A DNA stretch of 64,000 bases from Lingula anatina (taxonomy: Eukaryota; Animalia; Brachiopoda). Position 1 is the stretch's first letter, and each line of letters opens with the position of its first letter. The position numbers and the translations under genes were made by a program. The DNA lies in contig CM120640.1 in the NCBI GenBank assembly GCA_051362555.1, forward strand, positions 4,650,001 through 4,714,000, in the 5' to 3' direction. Shown here one piece after another: positions 36,174 through 55,327 of this stretch. Below the pieces are notes generated by a model. The model was not told where the DNA came from. It saw nothing but the letters and a program-made list of their open reading frames with translations, and ran no database searches.

Positions 36174-37854
36174 CTTCCAAGCACAAGATCCTGAAAGGAA
36201 AAAAGTGAGGTAGGTGTCATCTCTTCTCATGAAATCTCATATTAAAAGAAATGACATAACATAATCCATTAGTTGTGTTGGTTGTTATTTTCCAATACAT
36301 ACCACTATTTCATCTTAAAAACAGCTAGTAGTTACAGTGATCCGTCTCTGGTTACCCCTGAAGCTACATCCTATAACCGAGTACCAAGCACGAAAATTCA
36401 TTTGAATCAATGGTATCAATGTATTATAGGCAAATACACATGTACCACTATGCCACTGAATTATTTAAGTTACCAAATATTTCTATTTAGTGGTTACTTG
36501 TATTTCAATATTCTTCACTAAAAGTTACACAGTTCAACAACATTGTTCCTCCAACAGCTGACTTGAAGTTCAGTTGCAATTCATAAAACAAATACTAGTT
36601 GTGTTAGGTGTGTCTGTCTTACACCAATACAAAAAAGTTCTTGCTAAATTATTTGATGCATAGAGGAGGGGAGCTTAAAGCTGGCAGGAAACAAGCAAAA
36701 ATAAAATCTGTTGTCAGACATCTTAAGGGATGTGATGATAACACTTCCATCATATTACCTTCACTGATTACATAACATGGTGATATAACACAGAAAATAA
36801 CATTTGAAATAATGAATAATGATCTTACCAAAGTTTAAAAAAATACACAATTACTGGAATGTCTCATGTAAAATGAATAGTTTCAGAAGTGTTTTTTGTT
36901 TTAATTTCTTGTAACTTGTAAGCATACACAAATTCCACAAATTAAAGCTGACCCTCACAAATGGAGGTTACATACTGTATGTCAACAGAAAATTAAACAA
37001 TATACAAAATGTCAGACAGATGAGATAATAGACATTCTTAATGACAAGAATATTTAGATGTCAAATAAATCATCATAACTTTCTGTATGCATATATTAAT
37101 CTACAAAAAGGCTGTTCAAAAATGTTTACAGATTTTGTGACAAACAGTGTTATCTGCATCATGACATCTTTATGACCAGCAAATCTGCAATGGTCCTAAA
37201 ATTAATGAAACAATACCAGCATATGTTTGCATCTGATTTAGAAGATGTCTTAAAACTTCTTCTAAGGCCTACTTTTTCTTGAAATGCAGAAACTGTATAT
37301 ATTTGCTCAAGGTAAATTCGCAAAAAATCTAACAAAGAAGGCTGCTTAAGTCCTACCAAAAATTTTAAAATACCGTTTTCTGCAAATGCAATCACGTTCG
37401 GATGGAGTTGTGTGATGCATTAAACATTTCAATTTCAGAATTCACATGCAATTTTCTAATGCGCAAAAAGGACCGCTATTCTGTGTTATTTATTTTATTG
37501 ATATCCATGTGACGCCAAATCGCAGTGCAAGCGATCCAGATTGCATGTTCAGAAAGAAAGGTTCGAAACTTATCGTTCGGAGACGCAGGGACTTCTTTAA
37601 AATCCAACCCACTTATACAAAATATCTAACTTGGGTATTTACGTTAAAAAATATGCAAATATATTTGTTAATTATTGTTTGTTTGGAAATTTAATAATAA
37701 TTGGGGGCTGACCTGGAGATGGAGGTTCATGGCGTGGCCCTTACTTCAACTTCTTGTAATTATAATAATTGAACAGTACGACAGTGCGCCCTGCACGAGT
37801 GAGAAGAAATGACATAATTCAATTCATTCAGACTGATGACTCTTGCAGACTTAC

Positions 37855-38025
37855 CCTTTAAAGGAATATTTCCTGGTACAAAATCCTATCTTTTATGTCT
37901 GCCATTGAACAATAACAAGTGCCGCCATTTGCAATCCACTGATGACGCATGCGTATTGGGTTTCAAGAATGACGGGAAATTTTTCATTAGCCCACCAGGT
38001 GTCGCCACATTGCTATGGTAAACAA
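37855..38025 (-). promoter_or_regulatory. Putative NCOA6 promoter and first non-coding exon
   Basis: Minus-strand donor G|GTAAGT at 37855/37854; YY1-like GCCGCCATTT (37921-37930); NRF1-like palindrome ACGCATGCGT (37945-37954); RFX-like TTGCTATGGTAAAC; CpG enrichment. The coding exon at 36190 starts at a splice acceptor, so an upstream exon is expected. Confidence 0.5.
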
Positions 38026-39370
38026 ATTTTCTTCTGGCAAGGGCGGTCATTTCTCGCAAACATGTCAGCAAATATAAGTAACCTGCAACGAGACAAAACC
38101 AATGACGCTTCTCCTCCGTAGGAAAGAGAACCTTGCATGCGTTTCCTTAATCCATGGGCATAACGTTGATTATTTACGTAAGAATAATTACTTCAACCTT
38201 GGAAATGAGCAGCAGTTGGGTTAGTTATGTGCAAAAAGTAAATAAATGCAGTAATGATCTGCATGTGGCAAGTGCAGTTTGAAAACCAATGAGAAATGAC
38301 AGAAAAAAAGAATGAAAAGGAAAGTGATAAAAGAAATTAGAACAGGTGATTCCCTTCAATAGGCTACAATCATTTACCAATATAATTCCCTGGTTAGAAT
38401 TACTGTTAAACTGAATTTTGATCGCAGTCTTAAGAGATTAAGATCTGACAGCAAAGAAAACTGATCCATTCACTAGCAAAAAAAGTTTTTCTTTATTATT
38501 CAATATGATAAAGGAAATTTAATATACCCCTTGTTTCCAGAAGAACATGCACAAATGCAAAATGCCTGTTTGATTTTCCATTATTTACAAGTTGGGTCAG
38601 GATAATTAATACCCATTGCCATGTGGACCCTAACACACTGTTTGACTTGTCATACCCTGCTATCAAGGAGGAGCTGAGCAAGCACAAATTTTACTTTTCT
38701 GTAGCCTTGAAAGTCTCCTAAATTCAAATTTCTGTTAAAAATACCAAATACAATTTATTTATATTTGTTCCTTTATTAACTTCAGAAAATCTTTTATATT
38801 GTTATCTTTGAATTTAACATTATAGTCTTGTACTCTCACTGGGAGAATAAAATTCTTCAGTTGATGTTGCCTCTGTAGATCATCTGGTTGGAGCAACATA
38901 TTCAGCTTCTCCAACAGCATCTCAACTAACACACTCCATCAAAATAAGTTTCAAGATATTCAAAATACCTTCATTAATATCAATGCATTAAGTGACAATA
39001 ATTTTCATATATGGCCTCAAGCCTCACAAATAAATACAAGACTCACTTCTTTCAACTCAAGAGTACCATTTCAAACGGCACATAAACCACATTCACTGAT
39101 AAAATGGTTAGAAATATGTAACAGGGGGCTTCAGATTCAGTATTGGTTTTCTGCTTTTCCAAGCAGTTAACAGATTCTGTTTGAAATGAGTCGGGAGTGC
39201 TTAGATATATCCAATGGGCATTCCATTGAAAGTCATCCTTTTTAAATTTTAAATAAGCATCCTCATCAACATTTCCTTTATTTCCAACCCCCTCCATGCC
39301 CTCCAAAATGTCCAAATGTGCACAGCCTCTGTGAAATCCAAGTCCTCATCATCATCCTCATTCCTCAGCA

Positions 39371-44091
<4,721 letters not shown>

Positions 44092-44549
44092 TTATTGCTT
44101 TTGAAGTGGAAGACTTAAACAAAATATAAGGTATTGATATGAACCAATGTTATTATCACTGGTAAGTAAGGATAGTAGTGCTACAATCATTGTAGTAGGC
44201 CCTTTCAAAAACACTAAAATCTGTGAACAGTTATCGGAATATTTGAATAAAGATACATGACGCCGTAACACGTAATTTAAGCGGTCAACTGTAATTCAAA
44301 ACTTAAAAAGAACAAGCATTAAGGTATTTGATCGAATTTGAAATTATGAATATAACACCAACAATGACAGTCTCTGAATAACATACGGAGAATTCTAGAT
44401 GCCGGAGAGGGATTTCTCAAAGTATCGCCGGCGTTAACCGTAAGAAAAATAGTAAACATTTCAATATAGATTTAAGGAACAATATTTCCAAGTAATTTTA
44501 ATTATGAATGAAACCGAAGACCCGTTATGTACAAGAATGATTAAAAATA

Positions 44550-44680
44550 CACACGTGCAAACCTGATGCAATGGCGATTACAACAGTCTTTTATGACTGT
44601 AGACGGCAGCACAAGACGGAAAATGAATTTCTTCTATCAAGAAAAGACACTCACGAGTAAACTTCTAGGCATGCGTTCTT
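44550..44680 (-). promoter_or_regulatory. Putative EIF2S1 promoter and non-coding first exon
   Basis: The coding ATG sits directly after an acceptor (TTCAAG|ATG). Candidate upstream donor CAG|GTTTGC at about 44563; E-box CACGTG (44552-44557); TGATGCAAT (44564-44572); CpG enrichment. Confidence 0.45.
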
Positions 44681-45280
44681 TTTATCATGACAAAACGGTA
44701 AATTTTATTACAGCTTTAGAAATCTGCTGTCCTGATAAGCTGTGGTCAGTCAGTGAACAATGAGTATAAAATTGAACCAGTAGACTATCTTGAAAACCAA
44801 TTCTGGTACCGGCAAGTGGCGCCTCATAACGTTCACATTGATACGTGTACTAGTGCCACACCTCTCCGCAGCTCGTTACTAAAAAGGATCATCACCTTGT
44901 TAAAAGAAAACTGCATGAGAGAGGTGTCATTATGTGGGGGCACTTCATAAACGTTAATGCATTTACCCAGGCAGAAATATGCACACTGATATACCGTTAT
45001 ATAATTTGATGGGTCATAGTTAAAAACCAATCTAGTACTTTCAGTTTCGTGATAATTTTAGTTGAGAGACTGTCAAGTTTAGATACATGATCAGCAATTT
45101 TGCCAGAGGTAGCTGTTTTTATTATGTAAAAAATTTTAATCAAAATGTAGCATCTTTCGAAAATTTAAAATAAGCAGTTGTTTCAAAGGGAAAAAATCTG
45201 ACAAAGAAAATTATATCAACTGTCCAAGCACCAATACAAGTGTAACCATTATAGCATATACAGATTTTTTAAAATTATTA

Positions 45281-45316
<36 letters not shown>

Positions 45317-45948
45317 GGGAAAATCCAGATGCCCGTCTCTTTATTAGATACATTTAAACAGTTACATGGCGATGCTTTTTATGCTAATGATATATATAGG
45401 GTAAGGATAATAATGAAATGTGATTTTATGCACTTAATTTTCATGCTTTATAAATTTCTTATAAAATCTGTACATTAAAACTTTTCACCAATAAAGAGTT
45501 AATGAAATGTTTTTTTTTTCAATTACTCATTACATCACCCCAAAAACAATGTTACACACAGGTGAACTGGGTACGTTACTCTCTACAATAAAAATATCAT
45601 TTCACTAAAATTAAGATGCACAATAGGTAAGATTTTCATTACTACAAGTTATTATTTACAGTAAAAATTTTATTCTTATTCCAATTTTGATCAGTAAATG
45701 TAAAAAAGACATCAATTGAGGCCTTCAATTTACTTGAAACATTTACAGATAGACCAAAGGCAGGAGCCTTCAAACAATATTTACAGTACAGTTATTCTCA
45801 AAAGCACAACTTTCTCCCAACATTAAAGTGATTCTCACAAGAATACATTTCTGATAATTTTCTATCAAAATGATAGTCCTGAGAAGTCTTGAATGCAGCA
45901 TGAGTTTTCTTTCCATTTCTTTCTTGAAAAATGTCAATTCCTTGCCTA

Positions 45949-48900
45949 TTAACCTTTGTGTTGAAAAAATACAAGTTTTGCCTCTTCATCTCTTAGGTTC
46001 TTGATGCTATAGCAATTACCTAGAAAAAATACAAATATTCTTTACTGTTACAATAACAGGAAACTGATATTTAAATATGTGATAGTACACACAAAATGAT
46101 ATGTGCCAGAGTAACAGTGATACCTGACACTTCACAGAATCTTAGTATTATGTGAGATAAGGGTTTGTCACCTGAGAGGTACATGTCAAAACACCTGGAG
46201 TGTCAGCAGCAGGTGTTCAAGACATATATTCCGAGAAAGTGGCAGTGTACCATTTCACAGAAAAACACCCCCCAAAATCCACTTTAGTGTTTATTGCCGG
46301 TCACGTAGAATCACCATGTATTTATTTTTATCTCAGTCAAGGAGGTAGTTTTCACCTCGTTTGTTTGTTTGTTCGTCATCAGCTTAACTCAAAAAGTTAT
46401 GGATGGATTATGCTGAAATTTTCAAGATAGGTCAGAAATTTGCCAACTTAAAAGGGATTTGATTTTGGTGGTGATCCAGATCACCATGTGAATCCAAAAT
46501 TTTTTAAAGATTCTTAAATCTCCACCATTGCGAGGTGGGGCCAATGAGCTTGATCCATTGTGCGATGAATGTGTTCTCAACTACAACATTTTATCACTTT
46601 TTATGATCTTTTCTATTACTATTATTTACTTTTTGTAAATAGAATATGAAGTTTGGTCACTTTAAAAAATCTAAATCATTTCAGTTAAATACATCATATT
46701 TAAAATACTTAAATTACATTAACTATCAAGGAATGAAACCAAAATTTTAGATCCATCATGGAGGCTACATGAGGTGAGAGACGGCAATTAAATTTGTAAT
46801 GTCTGCTTAGAAAATTATTATAGATACAGCATTCTACATAAAAGAATAACAGGGAAGTGCCATGGTTTTTAACAGAAAAGTACTAAAACAGGATTCACAC
46901 AGGAATACTAGGAACAATTTTCAAGGACTTTTGAGGTTTTAATTCAACCATTTTAAAAGAAAATGAGGGCAAAAGACAGTACTTTTATTTGTAAGTGTAC
47001 ATACCAAAGATAAAAGAAAAGTTATATTTCATACAAACTTTTTATTTTAACACATTAATGATCAAACATAAAAGTATGTGCAGTACTGTGCCATTTAGTG
47101 GACCTTTATGAACTGGAAAGTCAAGTAAATAGGTCAATTGAAGACCAAAAATTTGAAGAAGGTGCAGTTTTGGTGTTATTCTTTGGCTGAACCATTTGGT
47201 TAATGACTTGGTATGACAACTTAATTTTAGTTGTATAAGAAACTAGTAGAAGTGATATGTTATATGCATTACTGGAAATCCACACTCACTTTATAAGTAA
47301 CTTTTAAATGACAAAACCTGAAATAATTTTTGACAAATTTCTTATTGATCAAATTCAATTACTTTTCAAGGGCAAAAATGATGGAATACAAGCCCTTTTC
47401 AAAGCTTATTGTAATTTTCAGGCCAGAAACTAAATTCAAAGTGAAGGGCTAAATTCAAGAACTTCTCAAGGGCTGTATAAATTCTGTAAAAAGAAAAACC
47501 TCGCTCAAACTCCAAATAAATTTATGGAATATTTTGTGTTAAATATTCACTATTTAGGCTCACGGCCACAGATAACTATGAATTAACCATCACCTATCAA
47601 TTGTATGACACGAAAGTCGTGCTGCAGGTGCTCTAAACATGTGTATATTTGCTGAGGATTACCTTTTGGCACAAAGAACACATCCCCACTCTCCAGTATA
47701 GTACAGGTCTTGTGGATTGTGACAGCCAGTTTACCCACATTTATACGGAACACCTGTGGGACAGAAGTTTTAAAAATGATGAACTTTAAATATTAATGGA
47801 TATCTTTCCCTTTCTTACCTCATGTAATGAACTGGCTATTGACAAGAACAAATTCATATTTCTAACAAGGTTATTACACATACCTATTCAAGTGAGTGAA
47901 TTCTTTTAGTCATCCAGTAGAATTAGAATTAAACTACGAGTACCTTTAATACTGGAACTTACGTCAGCAACCATCCAGGTTAATACCTAGTGAAAGGTCT
48001 CACGCTGAGGCTTCAACATTGGTCAGTTGCTAACATAAGTTCCAGTATCAGAGTTATACACAGTTCCAAGAACATATTACATTCTTGATAACTCTTATAC
48101 CTATTCAAGGTTAATTATGTATAACGAACAATGACAATGATTACAGATTAATTTTTCGACTCCTGCCTACCATGGTGTCATTCTTGACAAACTGCATGGG
48201 TTTCTCCCTCAGGGGTCTCAGTATCAGCTCCCCCACTGAGAACGCCTTCTGCTGGACACTCTTACAGAGAATGAGGTCATCTGTGGGCTCTGCTAGCTGG
48301 GCACTGGGTCCCAGGAAGACTAAATTATCACGGCTTTTAATACAATCTGAAACAAATAAACACATTACAAATGAGACCTTTGTCAACCCATTTTGGCCAG
48401 AGTTTAGCATCTTATACATCATCATCATCATCATCAGCATAATAATTATAATAACTGAATGTTGTACAATGTTAGTTAAACATACTTTTCAAGTCCATCT
48501 GACTTTAATTCTATAGTTAGAAAAGCATGTTTAAATTGCACACTAAATTCATCACACTGTGTGCGACAAATTGCATCATCTCAGTTTTACTTAATGTATT
48601 GTCTTTACCAACATAAACTTCTTCCTGTGTCTCAGGGTTAACTACAGCCACCAGGTCATCCTCATATGCCAGCTCTGTATCAGAAGACACATCAACATGC
48701 ATGGACATGTTACGTGGCGTGTGAGGGGCACCTGCACCTGAAGTGAGCATATAGTGTGCACAGTTATCTTATCTGATGGTAGTTATATAAAAGTCTGAAA
48801 ATAAACAGTTAAAAGTTTAAAATTTATTGGAAAAAGAATTCTACCATTTTCTCCTAATCTTCCGTCTACCTGAAAGCACCTGGACACACCTTTATGACTT

Positions 48901-49257
48901 AATGAACCTCACAGCTGTTAATCACACAATCCAAAATTAACACATTCCAATGCTGGTGCTAACTCTAACACCCTGGTATTAACAAGATGTGAACACGTCA
49001 CCTTTTCTTCTGCCTTTGGCCTTTTTCAACTTTTTCTTTGATTTAGGCTTTTCATCAACTGGTGGAGGAAGAATCCCAGTAACAATAAATCCACCTGAAA
49101 TTAAAGAAATATTATCCTGTTTGTTTATTTATTACTGAATACATACATAATAGTGCAGTGTGTCTTCTTAATCATTTTTCAGTGTTAGTGCAGATTGCAT
49201 TTACAGTTATCACTCACACTGAAATAAATATCAATAAAAAAAAAGACAATAATTGAA

Positions 49258-49313
<56 letters not shown>

Positions 49314-52300
49314 TTTAATTACATTCCACTTAGACACTGTATTTGAACCCCCCACCCCTCCCCTGTCAAGAAGTCTCATATGTTACAGTTACTGTGTATT
49401 ATAAAGTGCACACTGACCAGACTTGCGCCTTGAATATTTGGGTCGTTCATTTTTATACCACTGCAGTGGGGGAATTCTGGTCCTGCTGGATCTCCTCAAA
49501 CCATCTGGTGCAGGCTCAGGAACAACTAGACACACAGAGGGAAAACCAACACTTATTTGGATCTTAAAAGGATTGTATTTGAATTTGGTTACCAAATATT
49601 GAGAAAAAATATGCAACTGTATGAGAAACAGTCTTAAACATTTCACAGTATGGTGAAATACTTATCAACTCAAACAATTATCAAATCTTTGTATCACAAT
49701 AATACTCACTTAGTTTAACTGTCTTTGTTGGTTTCTCAGGAATCTGAGGTGTTTCTGAGGCTGTGACTTCAAAGAAATGTTGAGGTGGAGCTGTAGAGAA
49801 CCTCGGAGTGCGACTGACTCCTACACTGTCTGACAATTCAAAGGAGTGCAGAAGACTCTTTTCTGCTACAACAGGGGAACTTTCTGCACTGTAGGGGGTG
49901 CCACGAGGGGTTTTCTTCAATATTGATTTCAAGACAGTCCCAGAACCTACAACAAGTGAGATGAACATCCATCATGTAAGCCCACATCCAACCCACCCAT
50001 CCACATTAAGAAAACAGGTATACAGATGTACTTGAACCAAAATTTTGAAAGCAATATCATAAGTCATAAAACTGTGTACAGTGTTAAAATCTTGTAAATA
50101 TGACACAATACTGATACTATGACTAGTAAAACTTGAGCAGAACATGATTGTGAAGTAAATTTATTCTAGTAAACAGGATCTGCATCATACCAGAGGGAGT
50201 AGGCAGGGCCGGGGCTGTACTGACAGTTACGCTCTTTCTTTTCTTCTTTACAGTTGGTGGACTTGGGAGAACATCATCAGCATATTCCTCACTTTCATGT
50301 GGACTGTCATTGTCTTCAGCAGGAGGAATAGGGTCACTTTTGCGCTTTCCTATTTTCAAAATACAGCCACAATTTAGACCATATCATCTTTTTAGTAGAG
50401 TTTCAAGCACATGGAACTAAAGTAACTAAAACTGCAAAGCAGCTTATTCAAAACATGACAAGCAATGACTCAAATTTATTTTATAAAGATGGTAACATCT
50501 GCACCAGTCAGGCAAAGAAAAGTTATGTATATCATAGAGATAAGGAAAGCTATTTAATACTGTATCAAAATCACAACCAAACTCAGGGTTACATGACCTC
50601 CTCTGATCTGCTTTCAGGCATGATTTTTTGGGTATGTGAGAAAAAATGTAGCAAGAAATGACCCTATGACATTATGACAGGGGTTCCTAGGGACATTTCA
50701 GGTGAAAAAAACGGAGAAAAAACTGGGTTTCTGATTTAAATGGGGAAAAAAAATAATTTCTGTGCTTCTACCTTTCACAATGCCTGGTTTGTTCCGTTTC
50801 TTTTCAGCAGTTTTCTTTGTGGATGTTTCTTTTACATTCTTCCTTCCTTTTTTCAAAGATGGTGGGCTGGGTGGTGGGGCCTCTTCCTCATCACTCCCCT
50901 CCTCAACATCACCATTTGGTTTAGAAGAAACACTTGTACTTCTGCTCTTGCCTACATAAAACATAATCCCAGTGTCATGAATACCATACCTAATGAAGTC
51001 ACTAACTAAGTCTGGTTTTAAACTTACAGAGCCACTAACTTTTAAAATATATTTCTTGATAATCATGAAGAAAAATTTTATTAGCATTTAATATCTTATT
51101 GCACATTATGGCATGGTGGACGTGAACTTTATAACATGAATTATCACAGGCAATATTAAATATGATCTTTAAATCTGCCACTGCAATACTGGGATTAGTT
51201 TCGCCTATGGGCTAGATTCAAATCTAATTATATCAAATATATCTTTTGAATAAGGAAACCCTATGTGTTGTTCTATAAACAAATAACATTTACCAACATG
51301 GTAAGAGATGGTCATTTCCTATCAAACTATACTTGATATTCAATATTCAGCAAAATAATAAATACTTGCCATTTATAGTTCCATCTAGGCATTCAGAAAA
51401 GTAATCTGAAAATTCATCAGCTGTCTCCTCTGTTCCAGAGTGCACACTCTTTCTAGGACGACCTAAAACAACCACCATGGTATGAGTGGGAAAACGCACT
51501 TACTACATCACTATATTATTCAATCTAAACTCTTAGATAAATGCCGCAGCATCAAATGTGCTGTTTTGAATAAAAATAGCATGAAAGGTGAAAGTTGTAA
51601 AAAACTCACCAGAATTATACAATTTGAGAAAATGATAAAAATGAAGACTGACAATCCTGGCATAATTCAGAAAATTTCACCCATGTTATAAAATAACTAA
51701 GCATGCTTGCATTATTAAGACTTCTCATTCACTACATTGATAAGTGACTTCCTCTATTCTTAATCCATCACCTAATTTATACAATTACCTTTCCCTTTCA
51801 TTTCTTTGCTCGCTTCTCCCTTTCCTTTCTTGTCCAGTTTAGACCGAGACATTCTCCTTTTGGCCCTGATAACTTTGCCTGACTTTAAAGCACTAGCAGG
51901 TTCTGGGGCCTCACCTACATGGCTATTCTCTTCCTCAATGGTGGAAACATTGGGAGTCATATGGGCAATTGTTCTCCTCTTATTCTGCACTACACTGGAA
52001 ATATTGGGGGTGACACCGTCGGAAGCAGCTGTCCTCTCATCATTCTTATCCTCCATATATTCACCTATTTCTCCTTGATTCACTTCACCATGTTCATCAG
52101 CGGTGTTATTTCTATTGCTGTTATTGTTCCCAGTGTTCCTGTGGCCCTTTTTACCATCTGAGTCTTTAGTAATTTTCCTTTTTCTTCCTGGCCCCGAGCC
52201 TGTGTCTTCACTGTTGGGTGTGAGTTTTTTGTTTTCAACAGGTGACACATTGAATAAATTTTCAAACGAGCGTCTGTTGTCAACTTTCTTTTCCCCATGC

Positions 52301-55292
52301 CCACTCTGAGGCTGACCTGCAAAGCTGTCATTTCCACCTCTTGCTTTCAGAGGCTCTTCATCCTCTGACTTATCTTCCATGGGGGATGACAGTTTTTTAG
52401 ACTTACTACTGGACTTATTTCTGCCTGCAGTATTCTTACTGCTTTTTTCTTTCTGGTGCTTTTTTTCTCTTTTCTTTCCTTTAGACCTTTTCTTAGGTTC
52501 AGTCGTCTCAAGTGAGGAGTTCATGGTGGTAGAGAGATCGGTGACATATCTGCTTGGTATTTCATCTATGATCTCATACTCATCTTCATCACTCTCATTT
52601 TCATCTACTATTGACTTTCTCTTAGATATAAGGTTCAGTGTGGAAAAGCGGTCAGTAACGCCTTCCCCAGAATCATTGTGAGGGAACAACGTATGCAAAG
52701 ATGTATGTTTTGGGTGAATTTTCTGCTGCAAATTTGTGTTTTGGCTTCCTGTTTGCAGTTCATTTTCAGATTCTGAACACTGTGCTCTTTTTGTTGCTAC
52801 CTGATCAGATTTGTCACTGTTTTTGAATTCATCTGCATCAAGTTTTTCCTGCTGTTGAGAATCATTCTTTAAGCTACCCTTCTTAACTTTGCTTTTTTGT
52901 TTAATCACACTTCCTTTCCCCTGTACTACGTCACCAGTTCTTCTCTCCACATTTCTGCACACCTCCTCTGCTCTATCTTTATCTCCATTCTGAGAAATAT
53001 CCTGCTCTTCCAAGAGCTCATCTTGGTAATTGTCTGTACAATGCTCAGGCAGGTTTTCCTGTACTCCATTCAACAACAGTTCCTCAGTATCTAATACTGG
53101 AGATACCTGCTTTGACTGGATGGTTTTATTTTTGGAGGGTTTTGTTGATGATTTACCATGTTTCTGATTGCTTGATCTTGTAGACTTTTCCTGGACATGT
53201 GAGTCAGTCCTTTTAGAGCTGACACATGGTGTTTGCTGGCTTCTTGATTTTGCAGTCTTTTTGTTGTTTAATGAAAGTAGTTGAGCTCTGCTCTGGTGGT
53301 CGTTTCCTCTGTCCCCATCCACTAGAGACCTTTCGGTTAAAGTATATAAGCATATTAATTTCATGGATTACCATGACATAACTATGGCTTCTAAATATGG
53401 TTTATATAAATATGATACAAACTAGGCAGAAAAAGTTGCCAGATATGTACTGATTACAACTGATGTAGCTCTTGGTAAAACAGTCTAAAAGTTCTTTAGT
53501 TCAATAACAAGCTTATTTTGTAATCCTTCAATATACAAATTGCCTGCAACACAGACGTTCACTTTCTACATATAAAAAAAGTAAATCTAAAATTGAATAG
53601 AACACTGAGGAATTTTAAAATATGCATAAAGATAGTTCTTGGTGAAGAAACGCTTAAACATTTTAGCGTTATTAATGCTATGAGGATGTAACAAAAAGAA
53701 ATCCCAGTACCTAGAAGAGAGGTCGACCAAGGTGGCATCCAAATCTTCTTCCCCTGCATCCTCTTCTTCTTCTTCTTCTTCTCCCCTATTGTCTTTCTTG
53801 TCCCTGAGCTCTTTCTGTTCATTTAACCCCTCTAACTGCTCTCCTGAGTAAGTCAGCCTGAAAGACAAAACCCACTACATGTAAGATGACAGCAATTTTG
53901 AAGGTATTCAAACAAGTTGGGTTTTTTTTAGCCACTTTGACTTAATACAAAATATACATCCATAACTGTGTCAAATATTGCTTTAATCTGTGGACATAAA
54001 GCAAAAGCAATATCCTATATACTGAGTACTAATACATGGTATTTTAAAATGATTAAAAAAAACATAAAAACTTATGTGATAAATTCTCAGATATTCTTCA
54101 TTTTTCAATTGCAAAACACTGTTTAGAGACATTATCTGGCAATTAAGGCAAAGGACTTTAAAACATCCCACAATAGAGTTTTAGAGCAATTAGTGTCTAA
54201 GAACTAATCTATAGGAAAGAAATGGACATGTGGTTTACTGTGTAGTATCAACTAAAGTCCACAGCAACTTTTCACTTGAACAGTCATCATTTCAGGTCAA
54301 TACATCCCTAAGCTTACCTTTTTCTTGTCTGAAAACTCTGTAACGGGGAGTTGGGTACAGGTCCTGATGATTTATCTTTAGTAATAGACCCAGACACATC
54401 CCCAGCCTGGTCTATACCTGAGGTGGACCTCCCATACCTCTGCTGAGGAGTAATGGCCACTGCCACAGAGGTCCTGCTCTTTGTGAGGGTCCCATGATCA
54501 CTCGTCTTGTCTCTCCTTTTGCTAGATTCTAATGTTTTTCTTACGTCAGAATTAACGTCCGGTGAAAACGGGGAAATGGACTTTAGAGAGGAATCAATCT
54601 GAAACAAGCCAACAGCCATGATCTGTCACAACCTCTATTACAGAAAATTTCTATTCAATTAGCATAGGCTGAGGACATATTAAACAAAGTATTTAAAACA
54701 CGGTAAATCAAGTGGTGACCACAGCTCTATTATACATATATATTTATTTTACACACAAGTTTACTTTACAAAATACAGGCAAAACAAACATTATAGAGGA
54801 AAACATACCTGAAATGCAGGCTTCACAACTTTTGACAAATCTGGATTTTTGGCAAACGCCTTGCCTTTGATTCTTTTTTCATTTTCTTTTTCCTTCAGCC
54901 ATTTGTCATCAGAATCTAATGTAGATGCATCTGGTGGAAAAATTAACATGATTGAAAGAATATATTCATGGCAAATGCCAGATTGTAATTCTTTATTGGG
55001 TCAAAGTATATAATACCAACATTTATGTTTGTTTCATTTTTGAAAAAAAAAAATAATGCCATTCTAAACATGGATTTAGGCAAACGGTTATAACTGATTA
55101 TCTATCAACCTACCAATCACAAATCCATTTTTTAGGTACAAATAATTAAAGTAAAAATTTAACAAACTTTGAAAAAAAATGGGAAAATTGGTCAGACATG
55201 TTTGAATTTAATTAGCTTCAGCAAAATAATATTTTGCACTTTTTGCTTAATAATATGTTGTAGTTATGGATGAATACATTGTGGTATCGATC

Positions 55293-55327
<35 letters not shown>

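Noticed and set aside
53329-53711. U12-type intron in CENP-C (CTTTAAC close to the acceptor)
   Set aside because: Donor is GTACTG, not the U12 consensus RTATCCTT.
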